Shown here in pieces: positions 13,151-26,461 of a DNA stretch of 64,000 nt. Position numbers and translations under genes: made by a program. The DNA lies in the NCBI GenBank assembly GCA_951406725.2, contig OX597824.1:29512001-29576000 (forward strand), written 5' to 3'. The stretch comes from Octopus vulgaris. Its lineage: Eukaryota. How positions within the stretch are numbered: position 1 is the stretch's first letter; the number at the start of each line of letters is the position of its first letter. The notes below the pieces were generated by a model. The model did no database searches, had not been told where the DNA came from, and saw nothing but the letters and a program-made list of their open reading frames with translations.

Positions 13151-13895
13151 TGCGTAACTGTATTTCCTCTGCCGCCACATACTGAGTTCAAATTCCGCCG
13201 AGGTCGACTTTGCCTTTCAACCTTTCGGGGTCGATTAAATAAGTACCAGTTACGCACTGGGGTCGATATAATCGACTTAATCAGTTTGTCTGTCCTTTTC
13301 TGTCCTTGTTTGTCCTCTGTGTTTTGTCCCTTGTGGTTAGTAAAGAAATAGGTATTTCGTCTGCCGTTACGTTCTGAGTTCAAATTCTGCCGAGGTCGAC
13401 TTTGCCTTTCAACCTTTCGATGTCGATTAAATAAGTACCAGTTACGCACTGGGGTCGATATAATCGACTTAATCAGTTTGTCTGTCCTTGTTTGTCCTCT
13501 GTGTTTAGTCCCTTGTGGTTAGTAAAGAAATAGGTATTTCGTCTGCCGTTACGTTCTGAGTTCAAATTCCACCGAAGTCGACTTTGCCTTTCATCCTTTC
13601 GGTAGCGATTAAATAAGTACCAGTTACGCACTGGGGTCGATATAATCGACTTAATCAGTTTGTCCTCTGTGTTTAGTCCCTTGTGGTTAGTAAAGAAATA
13701 GGTATTTAGTCTGCCGTTACGTTCTGAGTTCAAATTCCACCGAGGTCGACTTTGCCTTTCATCCTTTCGGTAGCGATTAAATAAGTACCAGTTATTCACT
13801 GGGTCGAGGTAATCGACTTAATCCCTTTATCTATCCTTGTTCGTCCCCTCTATGCTTAAACTCCCTCATCCCCACCGTGGGCAATAAAGGAATAA
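13150..13895 (+). repeat. Head-to-tail tandem array of four 5'-truncated MetaSINE-like units (~170-190 bp)
   Basis: Unit GGTATTTCGTCTGCCGTTACGTTCTGAG...GGTTAGTAAAGAAATA repeated; junctions near 13350, 13531 and 13700. Confidence 0.9.
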
Positions 13896-14109
13896 ATGTT
13901 ATTAGGAATTTTTTTATAAAATGCTGTTAAAATATTTTGTGAAACATAGAAGCAAAACCAATTTATTGCCGATAAATTTTAGCAACAAAATCTTATATTG
14001 ACCCCCATCAAGGGCCATATGGACCCCAGTTGAGAGCCATTGATCGATAATGTTGATTTTGATGTATTCGTGGTGGCGGTTCGTGTTTCTGATGTTTTCA
14101 TTGCCTCGG

Positions 14110-14181
14110 GTTTGTGTTGTTGTTGCGGTTGTTGCTGTTATCATCATTGTTGATGGTGGCGGTGATCGTGGAAAATGATAC

Positions 14182-14214
<33 letters not shown>

Positions 14215-14625
14215 CAGTGGTAGTAGTAGTGGTGGTAGTAGTGGTGGTGGTGATGGTGGTCATGGTGGTAGTAGTAGTAGTAGTAGTGGTAGTAGTAGTG
14301 GTTATAGTAGTAGTAGTAGTAGTAGTTGTAGTCGTGATGGTGGTCGTAGTGGTGGTCGTGGTGGTGGTCGTGGTTGTGTGGTGGTGGGGGAAGTTAACGC
14401 ATGTGTTGGCAATAATGACAGGGGCAGTGACAGCAGCGGCTGTGACGACTGCGGCGACGGTGGTAGCAGTCACGGTGGTTGTAGTGACAGTGGTGGTGGT
14501 GGTGGTGGTGGTGTTGGTGAAAGTACGTAGCAGTTATAGTGGTGGTTGTTGCAGTAGCGGTAATGGTGATGGTGGTAGATAAAATAATGGTTTTGATGTT
14601 ATATATATTAGTAAGAGTGATGATT

Positions 14626-14711
<86 letters not shown>

Positions 14712-15910
14712 GGTAGTGGTAGTGGTAGTGGTAGTGGTGTGGTGGTGGTGGTGGTGTGGGGAAAAGCGTGGTCGAGCTGGTGAGGTTTTAACTAATGGAA
14801 CTTCTGAGTAGTGGTAGTGGTAGTAATAGTTACGGTAATGACTACGGTGGTAGTGTTGTCGTTGTTGTTGATGATGATGATGATGATGGTAGTGGTGGAG
14901 ATGTTGGTGAACTTGCTATTGTTATTGATGTTGTTGTTGTTGTCCTCGTCGTCGTAGTTGTTGTTGCTTTTGTTGTTCAGACCTTGTTAAAATTAAAGAA
15001 TGTCCGCGTCATTCGTTTTGCGAACTTAATTACTCCGACATATTGGGAAGGATTCCAAGACAGTTTCGAAATGCGTGTGGTTGAATTTTGGTGAACAAGG
15101 CACGTTCTAACCAAAGTTAGAATCATTGATTCCACAGCTGCAAACAACTTTTCCCAACACCACCACCACCACCACGGACACTATCGACGCTGACGACCCC
15201 ACACCACAACCACCATCATCGTCACCAAGAATATTAACTTCTAAATCACTTCCAAGTCACTTTCACCAAGACCACAAGAACCACCATTATCACAGCCATC
15301 GTGAAATTACCACCACCACCACCACCACCACCACCACCACTACCATTACCACAATTATTTCAAAACCCCACAGCGACATCTCCGCCATAGCCACCCTGTT
15401 TCCTACTGACATCATTACCATATTCGATATCATCATTGCAAACCTAACCAACACTGCGATTGTTATCTTCACAGTTATAACCATCATCACCACCACCATC
15501 ATCATCATCACCACCACCACCACTAGCATCATTGCTACCGCTGTCATAATGAGCACCATCACCACCTCCATTTTTACCATCTCCTTACAACCAGCATCAC
15601 TACAACCACTGTCATCATCGTCGTCCTCGTCGCTCTTAACATCAGCAATTCCATCATGGCCAACATCACCTTCACCAAACCGAAAGGACCAACCAACGCT
15701 ACCAACGACATACCAACTATGACCGCCGCCACCACCAGGACAGAAGGTCACTACCCCAACTACCACTGACTACTACACACGCAATTGATACTGTCCACAA
15801 CCACAATTACTATCGGCATCACCAGGCCATAATTGTCACAACCACCACCTCTACTACAAACAACACCACTACAACCGAAACTTCAGACAGTACCACTAAC
15901 ACTACCATCC
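14110..15910. repeat. Degenerate trinucleotide low-complexity region: (GTA/GGT/GCA)n, then (ACC/ATC/ACT)n
   Basis: Directly visible; strand composition flips around a unique island at ~14980-15130. Confidence 0.85.
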
Positions 15911-16077
15911 ACACTGCAAAGCTAGAATAAGGCAGTGTGGTGGCAGAATCATTAAAACATAGGTCAAAATATTTAGTGGCATTCCGTCCGTCTTTGTGTT
16001 CTACGTTCAAATTGCCCCTCCTTTTAAATCGCTAGCTTTGTGCCAAAATGTGAAACCTATAATACAAAGCTAGAATA

Positions 16078-16280
16078 AGGAGGCGAGTTGGCAGAATCGT
16101 TTGCGCGCCAGGCAAAATTCTAGGTGGCATTTCGTCCGTCTTCAGGCTCTGAGTTCAACTTCTACCGGGGTCGACTTTGCTTATATCCGTTGGGGCGATA
16201 AGTTTAAGATTGTGGTCGGTGTAAAAGACTTAAACCCTTCCAACGAAGCTGCAGGCCTTGTGCCAAAATTTGAAACCAAT
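16078..16280 (+). mobile_element. Diverged MetaSINE-like SINE (second partial copy at ~15925-16015)
   Basis: GGAGGCGAGTTGGCAGAATCG head; CAAAGCTAGAATAAGG precedes both copies. Confidence 0.65.
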
Positions 16281-17463
16281 ATTCCAAAACCAGAATGACC
16301 ACTACCACCAGCACCGAAACTGCGGCTGCCGAAACTGTCGCTGTTCTTGCTACTGCTGCTACAACTATCACTACTAGTAAAACATTTAGTGTGGTAGTCT
16401 CTAAGAGGTCGCTCGACCCGCTAGAAATTATAACTACATTTACATCAAATCAAACCCTATGCCTTGAACCGGAAAAATAGAACCAATACTACTAATAGTT
16501 CAGAAACAAGGGTCTCAACCACCATCACTAGTACTACTTACACTATTAGCATGTATATTTTGTCTACGTCTTTTTGATCTCCGGTACCCATATATGCACG
16601 TATATATACATACATATGTAGCTATGTACATATATGTATGTATATATGCAGGTACTTATATATCGTTTATATTATTATATGATGAAACTCCGCGCATCCA
16701 TTTCCAAGTAAGATTTATCTTAATAATTACGATGCGCACTCTTATTCTATCTCTATTCTTTCTATCTATTTCCCTCTCTTGTTCTTCCTCTCTGTTTTTC
16801 TCTGCCACCCTTTCCTTATTCGTCTCCTCTCCTCTTCACTGTTCCCTCTCTCTCTCTCATTCTTCCTCTTTGATTCTCTCGTTGCTCACACGTGACCAAC
16901 GGCTATCCAACTTTCTTTCTTCCACTGCCTTCCTAAAGGCAAGACGTAATTTTACCTGTTTCTTCTCAAAGCTCATTTTTCCAGCGTTCACCACTTCACA
17001 TCATGTTGGCTTAACAGCTCTCACCTTTTTGTTTTCACTGTTTTGTTCTCACTGTCCTGTGTTTTTAACACTTTAACCCTCCGCAAAAAGTCTCAAATTT
17101 TATTTAATTTGCTTAACGAAGTCGCGTCTTTTCCCTACCTTCGAAACGCGTAGATAAAACTGGGGACAACTGATGAAAGGAATGTTCTTTATGTTGCCTG
17201 TCTCGTCTCTCAATTTGTTTGTCTCTTTCGTTGCTCGAAGAAAGTTCGTTTTCTATGTTTTTGTTTTTCATGTTCTTGTTCCTCATTTTGTCTACGTTTT
17301 TTTTGATGTCCTGTACCCATATACGCATGTATATATACATATATATGTAGGTATGTACATATATGTATGTATATAGGCATATACTTATATATTATTTATA
17401 TTATTATATGATCTAACGCCACACATCCATTTCAAAGTATATATATATATATGTATCTATGTG

Positions 17464-17503
<40 letters not shown>

Positions 17504-17506
17504 ACG

Positions 17507-17742
17507 ATAAATTAAATATAGGGATATTCTATTGAAAATCCAATGATTTATTTATATTATATTGCAATAATAGTATGAATATAAAATATAACATAACATA
17601 ATATTATATAATATAAATAATTATAAAAAACCATTATGTTATATAATATCATATTATATATTATATTCATACTATTTAATGTAATATTGTAATATAAATA
17701 AATTATTGAATTGTCAACAGAATATCTCTATATTTAATTTAT
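17507..17742. repeat. AT-rich imperfect fold-back (inverted repeat)
   Basis: ATAAATTAAATATAGGGATATTCTATTGAAAATCCAAT pairs with ATTGAATTGTCAACAGAATATCTCTATATTTAATTTAT. Confidence 0.75.
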
Positions 17743-18056
17743 ATCTATTTTTGAATTATACCAATATTTATATGTTATCCAACTGAAGTACTAATGGATT
17801 GGATGTTTAATACAGCCCTTTGAAGGATCTCGTTTCCTTAATTTTTTACTTTATATATATATATGCATATATGGGTACAGGACGTCACCAGACAGTAAAC
17901 AACATGAAATACGAAAGCAAATGAGTTCAACATGCAAACAACGAGAGAAACAAATGGAAAACAGGACAAGTAACATAAAGAAAAACCCTTCATTAGTTGT
18001 CGGCTATCTATCTGCTCCTCAATTCGAGCATTCAACGATAACATGTGTGTTCGATA

Positions 18057-18066
<10 letters not shown>

Positions 18067-18146
<80 letters not shown>

Positions 18147-18308
18147 TGTATGTATGTATGTATGTATGTATGTATGTATGTATGTATGTATGTATGTATG
18201 TATGTATGTATGTATGTATGTATGTATGTATGTATGTATGTATGTATGTATGTATGTATGTATGTATGTATGTATGTATGTATGTATGTATGTATGTATG
18301 TATGTATG
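18067..18308. repeat. (TA)n followed by a long perfect (TATG)n
   Basis: Directly visible. Confidence 0.95.
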
Positions 18309-20254
18309 TGATTTGCCTAATAGTGGTTTTATCTCTAATTTAATATAATATATATATACGCACACACGACAGCTTTCCACACATTTTCCGTGTACCAAAT
18401 CTACTTACAAGACATTGGTCGACCCGGGTCTTTAAATTAAGAAATACTTGCTCAGGGTGGTGCGCAGTGGGACTGAACCCAAGACTACATGGTTGGAAAT
18501 TAAGCATCTTACCCACATAGCCTTCGCCTGTATGTTTTATTCATTTTTAAGAGAAAGTCTCATTGACCCTCGACACACTGTGTCTGGAAAAAGAAAAAAA
18601 CATAAGATGGCCACAGATGAATATTAATTCTTTTTATAAGTCTCGTTGGTTATAATTGAACCGAGACTAAACAACAACGACTACGGTCATGTGATAGCGG
18701 GACCTGCAAGAAATATCAGACATATCGTCCCCAGATTACACCTTTTTAAAGAAGGCTGATGCGTTTCCCTAGATACAGTGGTTGGAAAGTATCTATCTCC
18801 GTTTTTCTCCACTACACTCATCTTAGAGACCCTAAAACGGATCTTGTGAACTGCCCTCACGACTCCAACTAAAAAATTATTTGAAATTAATCTTCCACGG
18901 TGGTACATACGGAAGATAATTATATCAGCTTGAGATACCAACATCGAGCTACAGAAATTCTGCTATTGAGGATAATGGACCTCACTTAAGAATTTAATCC
19001 AGCGCCGCCGGCATGATACGAAACTTGGACCTGTCGATTGAATGTCAGCTACCTTGTTAATCACACATACCGGGTCTCTGCAATAAAAAAATTTGTCTTT
19101 CACCTGTTTCTACTCAAAACACACGCGTGCATTCTGCATTCTTCTATTTATGGACATGCCAATATTTACACTTTACGACCAATCACAGGAATCCGAAGAT
19201 GGCTGGACAGGTAAACAGACAGATGGACAGAGAGACATTCACTGGCAGATCGATTCGATAATCTGATAGATTCAACTTCAGGGTACTACGTTTTGTATTA
19301 AAAGGTTTACGTACAAAGGTTAACACATGTTTACATATACATACATATATATATATATACACCATTACATACATGCACATTCTTTCATACGTACATACAT
19401 GCATAGAAACTCATGCGCATACATGCATATAAACATGCATTCATCTCATACGTACACACACACATACATAGATACATAATATACATACAAAAATACTTAT
19501 AAATATGTATGTATATATGCTTGTATATACACACAGATATACCTATATATATATACGTATATACATACACACACACACACACATATATATATATATGTAT
19601 GTATATACAATTGTGCATACTTATATATATGCATACAAGCAAACATACGTAATCCCTATTATTCCAAGACAGACTAATTTCTGCAAATATACCAAACACT
19701 CAAAATGATTTTCAAGAAAAATAAGCGTGAGTCTTTCTGAGAATACTAAAAAATAAAATAAAATGAAATAAAATAAAACACAAAAAACATGTGAAATAAA
19801 AAAAAAAAGAATAAATGGTACAGCAATGAAGAATTCTCATTGCGTTTAGTTGGAACAGAACACCCTACCAATTCTGTTGATTCGTATCTAACCAGCTAAT
19901 GTCTTGCAGTAAATAAGAAACTCCTTAACGTCAACAGACACTCAGTGAGAAAAATTTTCAGATAACAACAGAACTCTAATTTAGATTCCAGTTGAGTATT
20001 GCTTGTGTGTCGTAGAAAAGTTCCAAGATAATTTGAAGAGTTGGCATTCATAAGGAGATACGAAGAATAGAGTTGAATGTTTGCGAGAAATAGACTGACG
20101 TTCAAACACTCGTTGCAAAGGTGACAGTTTTGTATGGAACTTTGGTAATTGGGAATTCCGATTCGATGGTATTTCACACTGTCCGTCAAAATTTCTATTC
20201 AAAGACATAATTTCTCTTTACTTTCAATCTCTACCACCCTCACCGCATACACAA

Positions 20255-20287
<33 letters not shown>

Positions 20288-20770
20288 GAGAAACACACAC
20301 ACACACACACACAGAAACACACACACACAGAAGCACACATTTGCATAAGGACATACAGGCATATGCACACTTATGTGCACATACACAAACGTACACTCGC
20401 ACAAGCAAGCATACACACACATACATTCACACATATACAAACTTACAAGCACACATTCACTCACACATTCACACACACACACACACACATACACACACTC
20501 ATTCACAGTTCCTTTATTTTTCTTCCTCTTTTACATATACTTCCTCGTTAACTCTCTCTTACTGCCATACACTTTACCGCTCTCTTCTTTCTTCTCTTCT
20601 TCCTTATCTCTCTCTCTCTCTTCTTTCTTTTCTTCTACTTTCTCTCTCTCTATCTCTCTTACTCTCTCTCTCCCTCCAACTTATTCTATCTTTCTATTTT
20701 TCCATTATCTATGTATATATGTATATATTAACTATTAATCTATCAACCTATCTATCTATCTATCTGTCTG

Positions 20771-20823
<53 letters not shown>

Positions 20824-20842
20824 ATCTATATATCTAACTATA

Positions 20843-20877
<35 letters not shown>

Positions 20878-20896
20878 ATCTATATATCTAACTATA

Positions 20897-20927
<31 letters not shown>

Positions 20928-21736
20928 CTGTCTATCTATCTATCTATCTATCTATCTATACATGTATGCATGTAAGTATCTCTCTCTCTCTCTCGCACTA
21001 GCTAGCTGTCTGCCCATGGTGTCACTCTATCTATCTAACTATCTATATCTATCTATCTATTTGTCTAGACACCTATCTATCATCTATGTATATATGTATG
21101 TATTGATCTACCTGTCTCTCTATCTGTCTGTCTGACCGTCTGTCTGTCTGTCTCTGTTTCTCTGTGAATCTGTCTGTCTATATACCTATATACTTATTTC
21201 TCAAAATCAAAATTTCTATTTTCTTCTTCTTCCCGCGTTTTCATTCACTTTCCCTCCCTCTCACATTCTATCTTCTCTTTACGATACATGAGATTAAAAT
21301 TGAGTTATTGTAAGACAAAGGTCTTTTCAATGTCGATTGCTGGGGCCAAGAACTTGTGTCCACTCACGCACCATTCGGTAAATGGTTTCACTTTCACAAG
21401 TCATGAGCTACTTTTGAACAATCTCTCTCTCCCTCTCCCCTCTCTCTCGTCCCCTTATTCCCTGTCTTTCCCTCTCTCTTCCTCTTACACATCCTCTCCA
21501 TTCCCCTTTCCCTCTCCTTCTCTCTCTCTTCCTCTCCATTCCTCTCTCTCTCTCTTTCTCTCTCTCTCTCACGCTCTAATTCTATATTCATATCCATATA
21601 TTCCAGATTCAGTCCCACTACGCGGCATCTTGAAGCATCTTCAACTCTAGCCCCGCGTTGAGCAATAGCTTCACAGGAAAGATGAAACTGTATGCATACC
21701 CGTCGTGTATATATATATATATGTATATATATATAT

Positions 21737-22152
21737 AGGCTCAAGAGTGACTGTGTAGTAAGTAAGCTTGCTTACCTACCGCATGGTTCCGGGTTCTGTT
21801 CTACTGCGTGGCACCTTGGACTAGTGTCTTCTACCAAATCCTTGTGAGTGGATTTGGTAGACGGAAACTGAAAGAAGCCTGTCGAATATATATATAATAT
21901 ATATGAGTGTGTGTGTGTATGTGTGTGCGTATGTGTGTGTGTATGTTTGTGTATCTCTGTTTGTCCTCCCACCATCGCTTGACAACCGATCCTGGTGTGT
22001 TTACGTCCCCGTAACTTAGCGGTTCGGCAAAAGAGACCGATAGAATAAGCACTAAGCTTGCAAAGAATAAGTCCTGGGGTTGGTTCGTTCGATTAAAGGC
22101 GGTGCTACAGCATAGCCGCAGTCAAATGAGTGAAACAAATAAAAAAATAAAA
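21737..22152 (+). mobile_element. CORE-like tRNA SINE
   Basis: AGGCTCAAGAGTGACTGTGTAGTAAG head; 3' end GTCAAATGAGTGAAACAA. Confidence 0.8.
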
Positions 22153-22211
22153 GAATATATTAGAAAATTACTATTTTTCAATCTCCCAACGAGAGATATT
22201 CAGCAACAGTG

Positions 22212-22477
22212 CTTTGGAGTAAAGATTGTTTGCCAGCATAACATGGCAACATAACAATTATTCTGTGGTGATGAAGGGAAATCCCCCGGAAATCGCGAGA
22301 CACAGATATTGTTTTGAGGTTAGTCGGGGTGCTAGATTCCCTTGTTCGAAAATATAAGGACAGAGATGGTGTCGTATAGCTAGCTGGAGACGATGTCTCC
22401 TGGGGCTAAATTACAGCAACATTCTTCCTAAACCAGGACTGCCATGTTATGTTTTGCAAACAATCTTTACTCTAAAA

Positions 22478-22478
<1 letters not shown>
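22212..22478 (+). mobile_element. ~270-bp element with ~37-bp inverted termini and an internal hammerhead-like motif, abutting (TA)n
   Basis: GAGTAAAGATTGTTTGCCAGCATAACATGGCA versus TGCCATGTTATGTTTTGCAAACAATCTTTACTC; motif at 22253-22313. Confidence 0.65.
22253..22313 (+). ncRNA. Degenerate minimal type-I hammerhead motif
   Basis: TCTGTG GTGATGA A GGG AAAT CCC..GAAA TCGCGA GA CACAGA; stem I extends through AACAAT/ATTGTT; palindromic TCGCGA helix III; two core substitutions. Confidence 0.5.
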
Positions 22479-22534
<56 letters not shown>

Positions 22535-24869
22535 GAGAGAGACGGATGATGGAATATACGAGCATCCTTATTGATCACTACCATCGTTTTGATCCTGATG
22601 GCATCGATATATATATATGTGTATATATATATATATGTATGTATGTATGTATGTATGCATGTATGTATATGTCTGTGTGTTTGTGCGGCTGTGTGTGTCT
22701 TTGCATCTCTCTGCACATCATTGACAACCGGTATTAGGTTGTTTACGTCCCTATAACGAAGCAGGTTCGTAAAAGACATCGAGAGAAGAAATACTTGACT
22801 TAAAAGAAGTACTGGAGTCGATTTATTTGTTCGACTAAACCCATTCAAGGTGATGCCCCAGCATGACTGCAGTCCAATGAGTGAAACAAGTAAGATTTAA
22901 AATTCTCCCGCTAGAAGTAACGGCTCCAATTCTTTATCATTAGGCAAACGCAAACAGTTCGATTTTCAGGATAAAATTGCCACGTCTTAATAAGTAAACC
23001 TATGCACGTTGGACAAGGAAGTGTTGTAGCTCTGCCGGACTATTTAGCGATTAGTAAACGCATGGAAGGAGCGAATAGAAAAGGGAACAAATAGAAAGAC
23101 AGAAATTTGAGACCAAAACGAGATGCATTAGAAAAGACAGTAAAATTATTTGAAGAATAGCTTTAGATCTTATTGAAGCGGTAGAAGTTTTCTAATGAAG
23201 GAACTTTATTTACTTGACACGAGCTGCTAAACGAACGTTTAATCACGTGGTGTCCTCCTAATAACCTCGAAACTCTGAACAGATTTGCTCACTTGGAAAG
23301 GAAAGCGGCTGATTTAATAAACCCACACGTTTGTCAACGACATGATTTACAAGCTGGCTGGCGTGTGAATGTTTTTGATGGCGCAGGTAGTGTATGCGTT
23401 GGACGTGCGTATATATGTACGTATGTATGTACGTATGTACGTATGCACATGTTGGTAAATGGGTGTGATGATAGACAGTTGTGTGTGTGTGTGTGTGCAT
23501 ATGTGTTTTGGAAGAGGGGTGTTCTTTCATTTAGATGCGATAGTGAGTGTTTGTATTCAGTAAACTGTACGCTAGAATCGTTGCTTAGTTAGATTCTTGC
23601 CCGGTCACATCCTATATCCGTCAATTAAGAAAACGGATTAAATATGTTACTAATATTACAATATGCTGGTGACTTTTGCCAATAACAGCTGTGGAGTTTC
23701 TTTTGTTCCTAAACTCAATAATGGCAAATTCTTCATTCGCTATTCTTTTTCTCCAGTCGTCATATCCAGACGTTTGCATGTAAACTAATTAAGAAAGAAC
23801 TCACACATGCATAGTGAAAGAATTCTTCGAAGTTTAAGACTGAATTTGGACAATATCAACTTAATGGAAGGAAGGTTATAATTTTATAATCAAATTCAAA
23901 ATCCCTCTGGTGAAATTCTATACACATATTGCTCTTTAAAATGCCACAATTCTATAGGTAGGATTGTCTTTGGCAGGGAATTTTTACACAGAATCACTCA
24001 GAAGCACATTTGCACACAAGCACACATTGAATCATTCACGCACATAGACAAATACTTCAAACTTATTTACACGCACACATACGATAAACACGTACATACA
24101 CTTAGCTAAACATGCAAGTAGACTTTCACAGCCAAACATACATACACGCACGCACGTACGCGTATGAATTCTTCACATACGCAAATATACTCATATACAG
24201 TTTCTACGATAAAGCAACAGAGATAGTATTTCTAACATACCAGTGCAGGAGAAAATTGAATACTATGTATAGTCACCCTAATATGAAGTAATTACAGTGT
24301 CCATACCCCCATCTATTAAGCTAACAAATCTGTATATATACATAGACACACACACACTCATACACTCATACACATTCATACACACATACACTTTTCATAC
24401 ACACATACACACGCGAACGTTCAGTAGATATGAGGATGTATGTATGTGTGTTTATATAAACACACACACACACATACACATATACACACCCATATTAATA
24501 TTTGGACGGAAAGGGTTGGGAGTTGTGCCGACATTTTAAGATTACTTGCCTTTATCCGTCTCCTAAAGGCGGGCAAGCACAAATTCGAAGACGCTATGAG
24601 CTTTTCCCTTGTATGCCGTGATAAATTTCTGCTCTGCTGAAGTGTATTGAGTAATCATTCCGTTTAATGTTATATATTCTCCATATAATTTAAATAACTT
24701 GATATAAAATCAAGTACTAATGATATATATGTATGTATGTATGTATATATATATTTTTTTCTAATTTACATATATATATATATTATATTTTGTGAAATTT
24801 GATTTAGTATTTCTAAATTGAATTTTTCCCTGTAAGTTTGGAATAATATTCCCTCTATTATTATTATTA

Positions 24870-24953
<84 letters not shown>

Positions 24954-25093
24954 AAAAGAATTAATGACTACGTGCGTTATATAAACGAGATTTTCTTGAT
25001 TAAAAGAAAAATAAACAGTAAACGGAAAATGTGACATACCTTTTCCGTTTCTTCTCTTTTTATTTAATCCTGAAAATATATACATATACATAC

Positions 25094-25175
<82 letters not shown>

Positions 25176-25262
25176 ATATACTAATATAGGATGAAGTTTT
25201 TTTTATAGAAAAAATTCCATCAAAAAGTGGCAGCATGTTAAAATACCTTTAATGGTTAAAAT

Positions 25263-25328
25263 TATAAACAACTTATAAACGAGGGCAAAATAAATTTTTA
25301 TTTTGCCCTTGTTTATAAGTTGTTTATA
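25263..25328. repeat. Near-perfect palindrome formed from the 7.4-kb repeat family
   Basis: TATAAACAACTTATAAACGAGGGCAAAATA / TATTTTGCCCTTGTTTATAAGTTGTTTATA. Confidence 0.8.
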
Positions 25329-25365
25329 TATATGCATATGTATGCATATATATATATATTCTTTC

Positions 25366-25543
25366 TTTTATTTGCTTCAGTCATTTGACTGCGGTCATGA
25401 TGCAGCACCGCCAAGTTACAGGGACATAAACACACCAGCATCATTTGTCAAGCTATGTTGGTGAGACAAACACAGATACACAAACATACATACGCAGATA
25501 CACAAACATACAAACATACAAACATACAAACACAGATACACAA

Positions 25544-25592
<49 letters not shown>

Positions 25593-25922
25593 CATGTATA
25601 TGCATGCGAGTGTGTATGTTTGTGTGTCTTTCAAAAACAGAGTACAAGACATGCAACACAAAGAATATCCCCCTTCATCAGTTGTCCGTTTCGTCTACTC
25701 CGCTACTAGGGAGAGTAATTTTTTTGTGCCTTACTCACCGGTAAAATTTCCACTTATTTCTTATTTTTATTTCCCTAAAAATTTCGTTGCGTCTTGCAAA
25801 CTTTTACGGTTAGTGTGTAACATTATAAGGCACAAAAAGAAAATGACACTCCCCACACACAACAGAATATGCCTCAACTCACGAACTCACATAGAGAATC
25901 TTGCAAACCAAATCCAAATACG

Positions 25923-25968
<46 letters not shown>

Positions 25969-25980
25969 ATACATATAAAC

Positions 25981-26049
<69 letters not shown>

Positions 26050-26203
26050 TCATTCAAAAGAAATCATCATGAGCTTCCTGATGATTTCTTTTGAATGAAC
26101 AGTTCTAGTCCTGTAGAAGCTCCTTCTATAACATAAATTAATTTACTCTGCTATGTATTGAGTACCTTATTTACTGTGGTTAACCCCGACTCAACCCGGG
26201 ACC

Positions 26204-26251
<48 letters not shown>

Positions 26252-26383
26252 CAAATATATATGTATATATACATATATATGTGTATATATGTTATATATA
26301 TATATATATATATGTGTATATATATGTATATATGTATATATATACAAATATATATGTATATATATATATATGTATATATATAC

Positions 26384-26461
<78 letters not shown>

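Noticed and set aside
13150-13895. Regular repeat array resembling CRISPR
   Set aside because: Units are whole SINE bodies with no unique spacers; eukaryotic context, no cas genes
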